Assembly: GCA_045595895.1 (NCBI GenBank)
Contig: JAZOBJ010000012.1
Location: forward strand, 1-58,812
DNA length: 58,812 nt
From: Candidatus Alloscybalousia sp.
Lineage (GTDB): Bacteria; Bacillota_I; Bacilli_A; RF39; UBA660
Direction of reading: 5' to 3'
The position numbers and the translations under genes were made by a program. The notes under the pieces are model-generated. The model made no database searches, was not told the DNA's origin, and saw only the letters and a program-made list of their open reading frames with translations. Shown in pieces: positions 46,013 through 56,188 of the stretch (its first letter is position 1; each line of letters starts with the position of its first letter).

Positions 46013-46039
46013 CGAGTGGTTAAAAGTGGTGAAAAGTGG
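46013..46039 (+). promoter_or_regulatory. Putative MraZ operator: three direct repeats with 10-bp phasing
   Basis: cGAGTGG (46013-19), AAAGTGG (46023-29) and AAAGTGG (46033-39) lie immediately upstream of the mraZ RBS. Confidence 0.55.
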
Positions 46040-46048
46040 GGGATATTT

Positions 46049-46492
46049 ATGTTCATGGGTGAATATCATCATTCCATTGATGAAAAAGGAAGAATAATAA
46101 TTCCTTCCAAATTTCGTAATGAACTTGGTGAATCTTTTGTAGTAACAAGAGGTATTGAAAATTGTTTATTTATTTATTCATTATCAGAATGGCAAAAGAT
46201 AGTTACCAAATTAAAATCACTACCATTTACCAAAAAAGATGCTCGTAATTTCACAAGGTTTTTCTTATCAGGTGCAACCACAGTCGAATTTGATAAACAA
46301 GGAAGAATTAACATTTCACAGCCACTTGCATCATATGCCAATCTAATAAAAGAATGTGTTGTTGTTGGTGTTAATGATCGTCTTGAAATATGGTCATTAG
46401 ATTCATGGAATAAGTTCTTCGATGATAATCAAGAAAACTTATCTGATATAGCTGAAAACTTATTTACAAATAATATAGACATTGATATATAG
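46049..46492 (+). CDS. mraZ: Division/cell wall cluster transcriptional regulator MraZ
   Basis: [23 protein letters not shown] is followed by a second SpoVT-AbrB repeat, [12 protein letters not shown]. The start is moved to ATG 46049. Confidence 0.93.
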   Translation: MFMGEYHHSIDEKGRIIIPSKFRNELGESFVVTRGIENCLFIYSLSEWQKIVTKLKSLPFTKKDARNFTRFFLSGATTVEFDKQGRINISQPLASYANLIKECVVVGVNDRLEIWSLDSWNKFFDDNQENLSDIAENLFTNNIDIDI

Positions 46493-46500
46493 GGGGATTT

Positions 46501-47424
46501 ATGCATATTAGTGTTTTATTAAAAGAATCTATTGATAGCCTAAATATTAAAGATGACGGTCTTTATGTAGACTGTACTTTAGGTTACGCTGGACATTCAA
46601 GTGAAATATTAAAAAGAATAAAAAAAGGACACCTTTTCGCCTTTGACCAAGATCAAGAAGCAATAAATGCTTCAAATGAAAAATTAAAAGCTATTGGAAG
46701 TAATTACACTATAATAAAAAGTAATTTCGTTAATCTAAAAGAAAAACTAGAAGAATTAGATGTTCATGAAGTAGATGGAATATTATTTGATTTAGGAGTA
46801 TCAAGCCCACAGTTAGATGATGACTATCGAGGATTTAGTTATCATAATGATGCTAGACTTGATATGAGAATGGATCGTGACAAAGATTTTTCTGCTTGGG
46901 ATATCGTAAACACTTATAGTGAAAAACAACTAGCTAGAATAATGTTTGAATATGGTGAAGAAAAATATTCTAATAGTATAGCTAGAAACATCGTAAAAGA
47001 AAGACAAATTAAACCAATAGATACAACATTTGAATTAGTTGAAATAATAAAAAAATCAATGCCAGAAAAGGCTAAACGTGATAAACATCCAGCTAGAAAA
47101 ACATTTCAAGCTCTAAGAATAGAAACTAATCATGAGTTAGAAATATTAGAATCTAGTATGAGAGATGCATTAAGTATGTTAAAAATAGGTGGAATCTTAT
47201 CTGTAATAACATTCCACTCATTAGAAGATAGAATAGTAAAAAATGTATTTAAAGAAGTAACTACTATAGATGATATGGTAAAAGGATTACCTAATATTCC
47301 AGAAGAATATTTACCAGATTATGAACTTGTTAATCATAAAGCTATCATTCCAAGTAGTCACGAATTAGAAATAAATAATAGGAGTCGTTCATCTAAATTA
47401 AGAGTTATAAAAAGAGTTAAATAA
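46501..47424 (+). CDS. rsmH: 16S rRNA (cytosine1402-N4)-methyltransferase RsmH
   Basis: Motifs HISVLLKE, VDCTLGYAGHS, DLGVSSPQLD and TFHSLEDRIVK are present. Confidence 0.95.
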   Translation: MHISVLLKESIDSLNIKDDGLYVDCTLGYAGHSSEILKRIKKGHLFAFDQDQEAINASNEKLKAIGSNYTIIKSNFVNLKEKLEELDVHEVDGILFDLGVSSPQLDDDYRGFSYHNDARLDMRMDRDKDFSAWDIVNTYSEKQLARIMFEYGEEKYSNSIARNIVKERQIKPIDTTFELVEIIKKSMPEKAKRDKHPARKTFQALRIETNHELEILESSMRDALSMLKIGGILSVITFHSLEDRIVKNVFKEVTTIDDMVKGLPNIPEEYLPDYELVNHKAIIPSSHELEINNRSRSSKLRVIKRVK

Positions 47425-47438
47425 AGGGAGAGATAAAT

Positions 47439-47744
47439 ATGAGAAAAGTAAAGAAAAGATTAAAAATGTCAAAGTTTGAAAAATTATTATATATATTTAC
47501 TTTTATACTAGTACTAGCTACTCCTTTTGCACTTGTTTTTTCTCAAGCTACTTTATCTGAAATCAACTTTAAAGTAGAAAAAGTAAAAAAACAAATCTCT
47601 ACTCAAGAAAAGAAAAATGAAAGTCTTACTATGAAAATAAACGAACTTGCATCTTTAGAAAAGATACAAGCAATTGCCAAAGAGCAAGGATTGAGTTATA
47701 ATAATAATAATATATTAAATATTATAGAAGATTTAAATAAATAA
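47439..47744 (+). CDS. ftsL: Cell division protein FtsL
   Basis: This is a 101-aa bitopic protein (TM helix plus coiled coil) in the conserved slot between rsmH and the PBP gene. Confidence 0.7.
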   Translation: MRKVKKRLKMSKFEKLLYIFTFILVLATPFALVFSQATLSEINFKVEKVKKQISTQEKKNESLTMKINELASLEKIQAIAKEQGLSYNNNNILNIIEDLNK

Positions 47745-47754
47745 GGTGATTTTA

Positions 47755-49872
47755 ATGAAACATAAAAAGAAGTCAAATAACCATAATGTAAAAGTAGCAA
47801 ACATTATGATTTTTGTGACTCTTTTTTTGTTTTTAATTTTAATAGCTAGAGCTGGTCAGTTATCTTTATCTAAAGAAGTTGATGGAATTAATTTAAAAAA
47901 GTTCGCTAGCAATAGAACAATTAAACATGAAACTATATTAGCTAAACGTGGAACTATTTATGATGTAAATGGTGAGGCATTAGCACAGAATGTTTATTCA
48001 TATACCTTAATAGCTTATTTATCAGAATCACGAGGTAAAGGAAATTATGTTGCTAATAAAGAAGAAACAGCAGAGAAACTATCAACTGTTATTAATATGA
48101 GTAAAGATAAGATATTGAGCTTATTAAATAAAAATGCCTACCAAACAGAATTTGGTATATCAGGTAAAGGATTAACAGAATTAAAAAAGGATAGTATTAA
48201 AGCACTTAACTTAGCAGGAATTGATTTTATAGAAGATCAAAAAAGATACTACCCTAAAGGAGATTTTTTATCTTATACACTCGGTTATGCTAAGATGAAT
48301 ACTGAAGGTAAGATAATAGGCGAAATGGGAATAGAATCATTATTCAATAACTCATTAACTGGTACTGATGGTTTTAAAGAGTATCAAAAAGATAGAAAAG
48401 GATATAAAATAGCTAATACAGAAGAAAAAATTCAACTAGCCGAAGACGGTAATGATATATATCTAACAATAGATTCCAATGTACAATTCTTTGTTGAACA
48501 AGCAATAGAAGAAGTAAGTGATAAATATAATTTTGATGAATTAAATATTATTGTAGCGGAAGCTAAAACTGGTAAAATATTAGGTATGGGATCAACAACA
48601 TCGTTTGATCCAAATATAAAAAATATTGAGAAATGGGAAGATCCTAATATTTCAGTAGCCTTTGAACCGGGGAGTACTATGAAAATATTCACCTATATGG
48701 CAGCATTAGAAACAGGTAAATATGATGGTACTAAAACATTTAAATCAGGTACATATACAACTACTGACGGTACAGTAATAGGTGATTCAAATAGAAAAGG
48801 ATGGGGTATAATTAGTTATGACCGAGGATTTGCATTATCAAGTAACGTCGGAGTAGTTAATATAATTAATGATTACCTAGATAAAAATTCCTTGATGGAT
48901 TACTATAAAAAACTAGGTTTTGGTTCTAAAACAGGGATAGAATTAAGTAAAGAAACGTCAGGTAAAATAAACTTTAAATACGAAACAGAAGTTTATAATG
49001 CCGGATTTGGTCAAGGTATTATGGTAACAGGAATGCAAAATATTAAAGCTTTAACCTCAATTGCTAATGACGGTATATTATTAGAACCATACATCGTTGA
49101 TAAAATAGTTGATAGTGAAGGAAATATAATTGAGGAAAATTCAAGAACAGAATTGGGAAGAGTAGCAAGTAAAGAAACTACAGATAAGATTAAAGATTTA
49201 ATGGAAACAGTTGTTACTAATGGAACTGGTAGTAATTATAATATGCCAGGATATGGATTGATTGCTAAAACAGGTACAGCACAGATAGCTAGTACTAATG
49301 GAACAGGATATTTAACAGGAAAATATGATTACATTCGTGGATTTTCTGGAATGTTTCCAAAAGATGACCCTGAAATAATTATATATGCCAACGTTAAAAG
49401 ACCAAGACCAAATACAGCTAACAGTTTATCATACGTTGTTGAAAGTGTTGTAGAAAATATAAGTAAATACTATAACATTTATGATGAAACACAGACAAAT
49501 ATTGAAAAAACTTCTTATACTTTAGAAAACTACATAAATAAAGACCTGGAAAAAGTTAAAAATAAATTAGAAGAAAATAGTATTTGTGTTGAAGTAATAG
49601 GAGATGGAGACAAAATTATTAGTCAGTATCCTGGTAAAGATATAAAGCTAACCAAAGGAAGTAAAGTTTTCTTAAAGACTAATAGTAGTAATATAAAAAT
49701 TCCAAACTTCAAAGGATGGAGTAAGAAAGATGTACTTACATATTTAAATCAGGCTAATATTTTATATACAACAGAAGGTAATGGATATCTAGTTAGTCAA
49801 AGTATAACAGATGCTTTATATGATGGTAACACAATAATTGAATTGAAGTTTAAAGAAAAATATAATGAGTAA
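47755..49872 (+). CDS. pbpB: Penicillin-binding protein 2B-type class B transpeptidase with two PASTA domains
   Basis: A TM anchor is followed by PGSTMKIF (SxxK), SSN and KTGTA, then two C-terminal PASTA-like repeats. The start is moved to ATG 47755, behind AGGTGA. Confidence 0.9.
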   Translation: MKHKKKSNNHNVKVANIMIFVTLFLFLILIARAGQLSLSKEVDGINLKKFASNRTIKHETILAKRGTIYDVNGEALAQNVYSYTLIAYLSESRGKGNYVANKEETAEKLSTVINMSKDKILSLLNKNAYQTEFGISGKGLTELKKDSIKALNLAGIDFIEDQKRYYPKGDFLSYTLGYAKMNTEGKIIGEMGIESLFNNSLTGTDGFKEYQKDRKGYKIANTEEKIQLAEDGNDIYLTIDSNVQFFVEQAIEEVSDKYNFDELNIIVAEAKTGKILGMGSTTSFDPNIKNIEKWEDPNISVAFEPGSTMKIFTYMAALETGKYDGTKTFKSGTYTTTDGTVIGDSNRKGWGIISYDRGFALSSNVGVVNIINDYLDKNSLMDYYKKLGFGSKTGIELSKETSGKINFKYETEVYNAGFGQGIMVTGMQNIKALTSIANDGILLEPYIVDKIVDSEGNIIEENSRTELGRVASKETTDKIKDLMETVVTNGTGSNYNMPGYGLIAKTGTAQIASTNGTGYLTGKYDYIRGFSGMFPKDDPEIIIYANVKRPRPNTANSLSYVVESVVENISKYYNIYDETQTNIEKTSYTLENYINKDLEKVKNKLEENSICVEVIGDGDKIISQYPGKDIKLTKGSKVFLKTNSSNIKIPNFKGWSKKDVLTYLNQANILYTTEGNGYLVSQSITDALYDGNTIIELKFKEKYNE

Positions 49873-49952
49873 AAAAGAAATTGAATATTCAATTTCTTTT
49901 TTGTATAAAACAATTAAAATCATCCCAATATAAAACTGAAGGAGATGAAAAT

Positions 49953-50213
49953 ATGGATACAATACCACAAATTATTTCAACAAAAGATTTAGCATACTTA
50001 TCAGATATGTTTGAATGGAATAAAACAGCATTCAAACAAGTAAATCATTTTATTAATGAGGTACAAAATGAAGAAATTAAAGAATTATTAGAAAGAATAA
50101 AAAATATGCATGAAGATCATATGAACTTTATCATTTCAATTTTAAAAAAAGAAGAATATGATGAAAATGAATATGAAGAAGAATATTCTGAGGAGGAAAA
50201 TGAAGATGAATAA
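49953..50213 (+). CDS. Small helical protein with an acidic tail, probable spore-coat-associated partner of the CotF-like gene
   Basis: The RBS is AAGGAGATG. The product is 86 aa and ends EEYDENEYEEEYSEEENEDE. The gene overlaps the next gene by 8 nt. Confidence 0.4.
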   Translation: MDTIPQIISTKDLAYLSDMFEWNKTAFKQVNHFINEVQNEEIKELLERIKNMHEDHMNFIISILKKEEYDENEYEEEYSEEENEDE

Positions 50214-50532
50214 TAACGAAATTAAAAATCCTAAAACAGAAGTTCCTACTGGAATTGAAATGAATGATCGTGACTACTTAAATGTAGTATTAGAACTAGA
50301 AAAAAATATGTCGAACAACTATTCAATTGCTTTAAATGAAGCAAGTAATGATTATTTGTATGAAGATTTCTTTACTCTTCTAGAAGATGGTAAAGATGCA
50401 GCAAGGGAATTATATAACTTAATGTTTCAAAATGGTTGGTATACTTTAGAACAAGCAGAAGAACAAAAAGTAAATCAAAAAATTAACTGTTTTACACAAG
50501 AATTAACAGAATTGGGAATAGAAACTGAATAA
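50206..50532 (+). CDS. Spore coat protein F-like (Coat_F domain)
   Basis: DRDYLNVVLELEKNMSNNYSIALNEASNDYLYEDF...NGWY is present, and AGGAGG lies 9 nt upstream. Confidence 0.7.
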   Translation: MNNNEIKNPKTEVPTGIEMNDRDYLNVVLELEKNMSNNYSIALNEASNDYLYEDFFTLLEDGKDAARELYNLMFQNGWYTLEQAEEQKVNQKINCFTQELTELGIETE

Positions 50533-50582
50533 GTTTCTTTTTTTATGGAAATTTTGGTATAATACTATATTGGAGGGATAAC

Positions 50583-51479
50583 ATGTTAAAAGTAGAAAAC
50601 ATCACTAAATACTATGGTAACAATTTAGCTGTAGATAATTTGTCATTCGAAGTAAAAAATGGTGAAATATTTGGATTGCTTGGTTCAAATGGTGCCGGTA
50701 AAACAACAACATTTAGAATTATAATGGGACTATTAGATAGTAATAATGGAACAGTAACACTGGATGGCAAAAAAATAGATTACAGTCTAACAGATAAAAT
50801 TGGTTTTGTAACTGAAGAAAGAAGTTTATTAACTAAAATGACAGTTAAGGAACAAATAATTTACTATGGGAGATTAAAAGGATTAACAGAGGAAGAAATT
50901 CTCAAGAAACTAGATATATGGTTAGAAAAATTCCAAATAACAGACTATAAAAATAGAAAGATTAAAGAATTATCAAAAGGTAACCAACAAAAAATTCAAT
51001 TTATTGCAGCTGTTATTAATGAACCTAAACTATTAATTTTAGATGAACCATTTACTGGACTTGACCCAATAAATGTAGGACAGCTAAAAGAAGCGATTTA
51101 TGAGCTTCAGAAAAAAGGATGCTCAATCATCTTTTCATCACATCAAATGGAACATATAGAACAGTTCTGTGAAAAGTTAGTAATATTAGTAAAAGGAAAA
51201 CCAGTTATTGAAGGATATTTAAAAAAGATCAAAGAAGACTATCAAAAGAAAAATATTCTAATTCGTGGTGATATAGAAGTAGATAATATCTTATCTATTA
51301 AGGGAGTAATAGAAGTTAATAAAAAGATTGATGAATATGAAGTGAAAATTGAAAGTAATGAAATAGTAGAAAAAGTATTCAAAAAAATATCTAAAAACAA
51401 AATCACTAAGTTTATAGTTGAAGAACCTAGTTTAAATGAAATCTTTATAGCGAAAGTAGGTGGTAACTATGATGAATAA
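50583..51479 (+). CDS. ABC transporter ATP-binding protein (ABC-2/NatA-like)
   Basis: It has Walker A GSNGAGKTT, the signature LSKGNQQK and Walker B LLILDEP. Confidence 0.9.
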   Translation: MLKVENITKYYGNNLAVDNLSFEVKNGEIFGLLGSNGAGKTTTFRIIMGLLDSNNGTVTLDGKKIDYSLTDKIGFVTEERSLLTKMTVKEQIIYYGRLKGLTEEEILKKLDIWLEKFQITDYKNRKIKELSKGNQQKIQFIAAVINEPKLLILDEPFTGLDPINVGQLKEAIYELQKKGCSIIFSSHQMEHIEQFCEKLVILVKGKPVIEGYLKKIKEDYQKKNILIRGDIEVDNILSIKGVIEVNKKIDEYEVKIESNEIVEKVFKKISKNKITKFIVEEPSLNEIFIAKVGGNYDE

Positions 51480-52785
51480 GTTTTGGTTTTTAACAGGGAG
51501 TAGCTTAAAGAAAAAACTAAAAAGTAAATGGTTTTGGGTAGTAAATATACTATTATTAGTGGTAATAGTTGGTATAGTAAACATTGATAGTATTATTAAA
51601 ACTTTTGGTGGTGATTTTACTGAAGCTAATGAAATATTAGTTATAGATAAAACTGGATATTCTTATAATATTTTCAAAAGAAATTTAAACACCCTAAACG
51701 ACACATTAGATATGGAGTATACTTTCGAACTTACTAATGAAACTAGGGACCAAGAAGTAGTTGAAAGTGAAATAGTTGATACAGATAAAACCTTAATAAT
51801 CTTAGAAAATAGTGAAGATTCATATATAAAAGCAAGTGTAATTAGTGATAATTATATAGATACAATGTATTATCAACTTTTATATCAGACACTTACTAAT
51901 ACAAAAGCAGAAATAGCACTATCACTAACAGATATAGATCCAGAAGAGCTGTTAAAGGTAACTAGTGCTATAACAGTTGATAGAATCTTATTAAGCGAAG
52001 ATAAGAATACTGAAGAAGAAAATATGGAAATGATTATGGGAACCGTTTTTCCGACCGTTATACTACCATTCTTTATTTTAGTTGTATACCTAGTTCAAAT
52101 GATTGGTGCAGAAATAAATGAAGAAAAACAAACACGCAGTATGGAAGTAATTATTTCAAATGTTAGTCCAAAGGTTCATTTCTTTTCTAAACTAATAGCA
52201 AGTAATGCTTTTGTTTTACTTCAAGGAGCTTTATTAATTTTATATTCTATAACTGCTCTAGTAATTAGAAACTATATAGCAGTGGATAGTGCATCAAGTA
52301 TTACAGCTGAAATTGGCAATATATGGAACAGTTTGGTAACAAGTGGCTTTGTTGATAAATTAGCATATATCATTCCACTTACACTAATTCTAATGATTCT
52401 ATCATTTATAACATATTCATTAGTTGCTGGTATTTTAGCATCAATGACAGTTAGTATGGAAGATTTCCAACAGATTCAAACACCAATTATGATGATATGT
52501 TTAGCAGGATATTATTTAGCTATAATGGCTGGTATGTTTGAAGGAAGTATTTTTATCAAAACATTATCTTATATTCCATTCCTTTCATGTTTATTATCAC
52601 CAGCTCTATTGGTAATAGGTCAGATTGGTATAGTTGATGTAATTATTTCAATAATTGTTTTATTAATATTTAATTTTATTCTAATTAAATATGGATTAAA
52701 AATATATAAAATAGGTATCCTTAATTACTCAACTGATAAAATGTGGAGTAAATTATTTAAAGCAGTGAAGTCTAAAGAAATTTAG
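51469..52785 (+). CDS. ABC-2 family permease (NatB/YhaP-like) with a large first extracytoplasmic loop
   Basis: TM1 is followed by a loop of about 170 aa and then five TM helices. It is translationally coupled to the ATPase gene. The start is moved to ATG 51469. Confidence 0.75.
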   Translation: MMNKFWFLTGSSLKKKLKSKWFWVVNILLLVVIVGIVNIDSIIKTFGGDFTEANEILVIDKTGYSYNIFKRNLNTLNDTLDMEYTFELTNETRDQEVVESEIVDTDKTLIILENSEDSYIKASVISDNYIDTMYYQLLYQTLTNTKAEIALSLTDIDPEELLKVTSAITVDRILLSEDKNTEEENMEMIMGTVFPTVILPFFILVVYLVQMIGAEINEEKQTRSMEVIISNVSPKVHFFSKLIASNAFVLLQGALLILYSITALVIRNYIAVDSASSITAEIGNIWNSLVTSGFVDKLAYIIPLTLILMILSFITYSLVAGILASMTVSMEDFQQIQTPIMMICLAGYYLAIMAGMFEGSIFIKTLSYIPFLSCLLSPALLVIGQIGIVDVIISIIVLLIFNFILIKYGLKIYKIGILNYSTDKMWSKLFKAVKSKEI

Positions 52786-52799
52786 ACTTCTTTTTTTTT
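52767..52799 (+). terminator. Intrinsic terminator after the ABC-2 operon
   Basis: GAAGTCTAAA-gaaa-TTTAGACTTC is followed by a T-run of 9. Confidence 0.75.
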
Positions 52800-52840
52800 A
52801 TTTTTGTGGTATAATATTATATACTTTTTGGGGGTAGTAT

Positions 52841-53707
52841 ATGGAAAAAACAAATTTGTTAAATGAACTATTAAATAAAATAAATTATTTTGAAAATATT
52901 TCACTAGAAGATTTTTGCCTTTTAAATAGTTTAGAAACATATGAACTAGGAGAATTTAATGATAAAGTATCACAGGTAACACCATTACTAAATCAAATAT
53001 GTAGCTATGTCTTAACTGGTAGAATAATAAATGATATAGCGCTAGAATATATTAGTGATGTTGTTGATGAGAAAAAGTACGAAACATGTATGTCCATATG
53101 TAAAAAATGTGATGAATATATAGAAATTTTAATTAACGAAGGATGTAAACACCCAAGTGTTACTAATGTTATAAACTGCGTTAATGGTTCTTATTTCTAT
53201 GAACAATTTTATGATTATTTATCAACGTTTATAATTGATGCAGAAAACCCAACTAAACAAATATTAACAGAATTAATGTATGATGCAGATGAAATTATTC
53301 AAAGAATGTATGATAATCTTTTAGAAAATCTACATACTGTTTTAAAAAATAATAAAAACCTAACGACAGAACAGTTATTGAGAGTTTTAAATAGTTATAG
53401 TAAAAGTAGTGTATCACTATGCATTATCGCACCATATAACGTAATGACTTATAACTATGATAATAATGAAAATTATGTTAGTTATTTTAATGGAAAAAAT
53501 AATTATACATTAAATCAAATATTTATTAATTCGTTATCATCACTGGCTAATATTATTGGAATTATTGAAGAATATGAAAATGAAGATTCAAAAAGCCTAA
53601 TTGAAGATATGAAAGAATGTTACTCAATATACCAAACCTATAAATATAAATACTATAAAGATATTAATAAAGAAAGAAAATTATTAGAAAAATGTAAGAA
53701 AATGTAA
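52841..53707 (+). CDS. Hypothetical helical protein (288 aa)
   Basis: An extended -10 element TGTGGTATAAT and the RBS GGGGGTAG lie upstream. I recognise no motif. Confidence 0.45.
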   Translation: MEKTNLLNELLNKINYFENISLEDFCLLNSLETYELGEFNDKVSQVTPLLNQICSYVLTGRIINDIALEYISDVVDEKKYETCMSICKKCDEYIEILINEGCKHPSVTNVINCVNGSYFYEQFYDYLSTFIIDAENPTKQILTELMYDADEIIQRMYDNLLENLHTVLKNNKNLTTEQLLRVLNSYSKSSVSLCIIAPYNVMTYNYDNNENYVSYFNGKNNYTLNQIFINSLSSLANIIGIIEEYENEDSKSLIEDMKECYSIYQTYKYKYYKDINKERKLLEKCKKM

Positions 53708-53782
53708 ATATTTATGAAAAAGTGAGATATTCTCACTTTTAATTTGTATAATATTAATAGTTCCCAAAAAAGGAGGGGTATA

Positions 53783-56074
53783 ATGTTAGAATTAAAAAAG
53801 ATAAATAAAAGTTATAAAACGGGTAGTTTTACCCAACGTGCTTTAAAAGATGTTTCAATTGAATTTAGAAAGAACGAATTTGTAGCAATCTTAGGTGCAA
53901 GTGGTTCAGGTAAAACAACATTGCTTAATATTATTGGTGGATTAGATCAATATGACAGTGGTGATTTAATAATTAATAATAAATCAACTAAAAAGTTTAA
54001 AGATATTGACTGGGACCGTTATCGTAATAATTGTATTGGTTTTATTTTCCAAAATTATAATTTAATACCACACATTACTATTTTAGATAATATTGAAATG
54101 GGTATGACTTTAAGTGGAGTAAGTAGTAAAACTAGAAAAAGAAAAGCCAAAGATGCATTGAAAAAAGTAGGTTTATTAGAACATGCTCATAAAAAACCAA
54201 ATCAACTATCAGGTGGCCAAATGCAAAGAGTAGCGATTGCCCGTGCTTTAGTAAATGATCCAGATATAATCTTAGCAGATGAACCAACAGGAGCATTAGA
54301 TACTAAAACAAGTATTCAAATAATGAACCTAATTAAAGAAATAGCTAAAGATAAATTAGTAATCATGGTAACACATAACCCAGAAATAGCTAATGAATAT
54401 GCAAATAGAATTATTGAATTCAGAGATGGTGAAAAAATAAGTGATTCTAATCCAGTTGAAGAAGAAAATAAAGATAGTTCGACACTAAAAATCAGAAAAA
54501 CAGCTATGAGTTTTATGACAGCCTTAAAACTATCATTTAATAATATCAAAACAAAAAAAGGAAGAACCTTAATTACCGCTTTTGCATCTAGTATTGGTAT
54601 TATTGGAATCGCACTAATTTTATCTCTATCTAATGGTTTCAAGATTGAAGTTGATAATTTTGAAAAAACATCACTGTCTCAAATGCCAATATTGATTAGT
54701 ACCCAAGCCATGAGTGAACAGGGTATGATAGAAATTTCATATGATGATAATACATTAGAAAAATATCCAACAGAAAACAAAATATATATTCAAGATGATA
54801 TAGTAGAAACAATATTACATACTAATATCATTACAAATGAATATTTAGAATATTTAAAAGGAATAGATAAAAAACTATTATCAGGTGTAGCATATCAAGG
54901 AACAACTGGTTTTAATATTATAAATCACACACAAAATGGATATAACCTTGTTACTTCCACAAATATGTGGTCTTTACTACCAACTAATCCTAACGAAGGT
55001 GAAAATGGCATCTTAGAGGATAATTATGATGTCTTAGCAGGGAAAATTAACGAACATGAACCAGGATTAATTCTTCAAGTAAATAGTAAAAATCAAATAT
55101 TTAAATCAACTTTAGAGACACTAGGATTAGCTGGTGAAGAAATATCATTTGAAGAAATCTTAAATCAAGAGTTAAAAGTAGTGATGAACGATGATTACTA
55201 TATCCAATACGGGGAAGCTTTTATTCCTAGCCAAGATTTAGAAAGTCTATACAAGAATAAAAATAGTATAACTTTAAAAGTGCAAGCAATCATTCGTGGC
55301 AAAGAAGGTAAAGAAACAGTAACTTCTGGTAGTGGTCTTGCATATACAAATGCATTAACTGAATTAGTAATATCTAAAAATAAAGATTCTAAAATAGTCA
55401 AAGCTCAGATGGAAAAAAATTATAATATTTTAACAAATAAACCATTTGAAGAAGGAATTAATAGTACTAATACTAAAGAAATAATCCTAGGTTACCTAGG
55501 CGCAGAAACAATACCAACTGTAATTTATTTATACCCAAAAGATTTTGAATCTAAAGAAATAATTACGGATTACTTAGATAAATATAATGAAACTAAAGAA
55601 GAAGCTGAAGTGATTAATTATACTGATATGGCAGCTATGATATCTGGATTATCAGGTGGAATCATGGATGCAATTACTGTTGTGTTAGTAGCATTTTCTT
55701 CAATTTCACTAATAGTATCTAGCATTATGATAGCTATTATTACTTATATTTCCGTATTAGAAAGAATTAAAGAAATAGGAATTCTAAGGGCATTAGGTGC
55801 AAGAAAAAAAGACATTAAACGTGTATTCAATGCTGAAACATTTATAATAGGTCTAACATCTGGTATTTTAGGAATATTAATAGCTTATCTATTAACTATC
55901 CCAACTAATCAAATTATTGAATCTATATCAGGGCTTCCTAATGTAGCCAAATTAAATATAATACATGCAATAATTTTAATTGTGATAAATGTTGTCTTAA
56001 CCATGATAGGTGGAACTATTCCAGCAAGAATGGCAAGCAAAAAAGATCCAGTTGAGGCATTAAGAACTGAATAA
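53783..56074 (+). CDS. Fused ABC ATPase-FtsX permease (MacB-like single polypeptide)
   Basis: It has Walker [10 protein letters not shown], the signature LSGGQMQR and Walker [13 protein letters not shown]. These are followed by a TM helix, an extracytoplasmic domain of about 340 aa and a C-terminal FtsX three-TM bundle. The start is moved to ATG 53783, behind AGGAGGGG. Confidence 0.88.
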   Translation: MLELKKINKSYKTGSFTQRALKDVSIEFRKNEFVAILGASGSGKTTLLNIIGGLDQYDSGDLIINNKSTKKFKDIDWDRYRNNCIGFIFQNYNLIPHITILDNIEMGMTLSGVSSKTRKRKAKDALKKVGLLEHAHKKPNQLSGGQMQRVAIARALVNDPDIILADEPTGALDTKTSIQIMNLIKEIAKDKLVIMVTHNPEIANEYANRIIEFRDGEKISDSNPVEEENKDSSTLKIRKTAMSFMTALKLSFNNIKTKKGRTLITAFASSIGIIGIALILSLSNGFKIEVDNFEKTSLSQMPILISTQAMSEQGMIEISYDDNTLEKYPTENKIYIQDDIVETILHTNIITNEYLEYLKGIDKKLLSGVAYQGTTGFNIINHTQNGYNLVTSTNMWSLLPTNPNEGENGILEDNYDVLAGKINEHEPGLILQVNSKNQIFKSTLETLGLAGEEISFEEILNQELKVVMNDDYYIQYGEAFIPSQDLESLYKNKNSITLKVQAIIRGKEGKETVTSGSGLAYTNALTELVISKNKDSKIVKAQMEKNYNILTNKPFEEGINSTNTKEIILGYLGAETIPTVIYLYPKDFESKEIITDYLDKYNETKEEAEVINYTDMAAMISGLSGGIMDAITVVLVAFSSISLIVSSIMIAIITYISVLERIKEIGILRALGARKKDIKRVFNAETFIIGLTSGILGILIAYLLTIPTNQIIESISGLPNVAKLNIIHAIILIVINVVLTMIGGTIPARMASKKDPVEALRTE

Positions 56075-56083
56075 GTTATCTAA

Positions 56084-56114
56084 AAAGATATTTCAACATG
56101 AAATATCTTTTTTC
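56084..56114 (+). terminator. Intrinsic terminator after the fused ABC gene
   Basis: AAAGATATTTC-aacat-GAAATATCTTT is followed by TTTT. Confidence 0.7.
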
Positions 56115-56188
56115 TTCTTATAATTGCTTTACATATACTAAAAAAAAATGTAAAATTAGAATAGTAAGATATGAAAATAGGTGATGTT

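Noticed and set aside
2545-53744. Longer N-terminal extensions given by the ORF track for def, the YjcZ-like gene, comEA, DUF1016, LtaS-like, gerAA/gerAB, the pilin, yqeG/yqeH, sigA, uvsE, the 209-aa and 452-aa ORFs, thrS, mraZ, pbpB, CotF-like, the ABC-2 permease and the fused ABC gene.
   Set aside because: In each case an internal ATG sits 5-10 nt downstream of a GGAGG/GGTGA-type Shine-Dalgarno sequence and matches the conserved N-terminus of the family (for example MFMGEY for MraZ, KGFTLIE for the pilin). The upstream extensions lack an RBS and overlap terminators or neighbouring genes.
48432-55401. Track ORFs 48432..48692(-), 54316..54642(-) and 55198..55401(-).
   Set aside because: They are antisense within the PBP2B gene and the fused ABC transporter gene.
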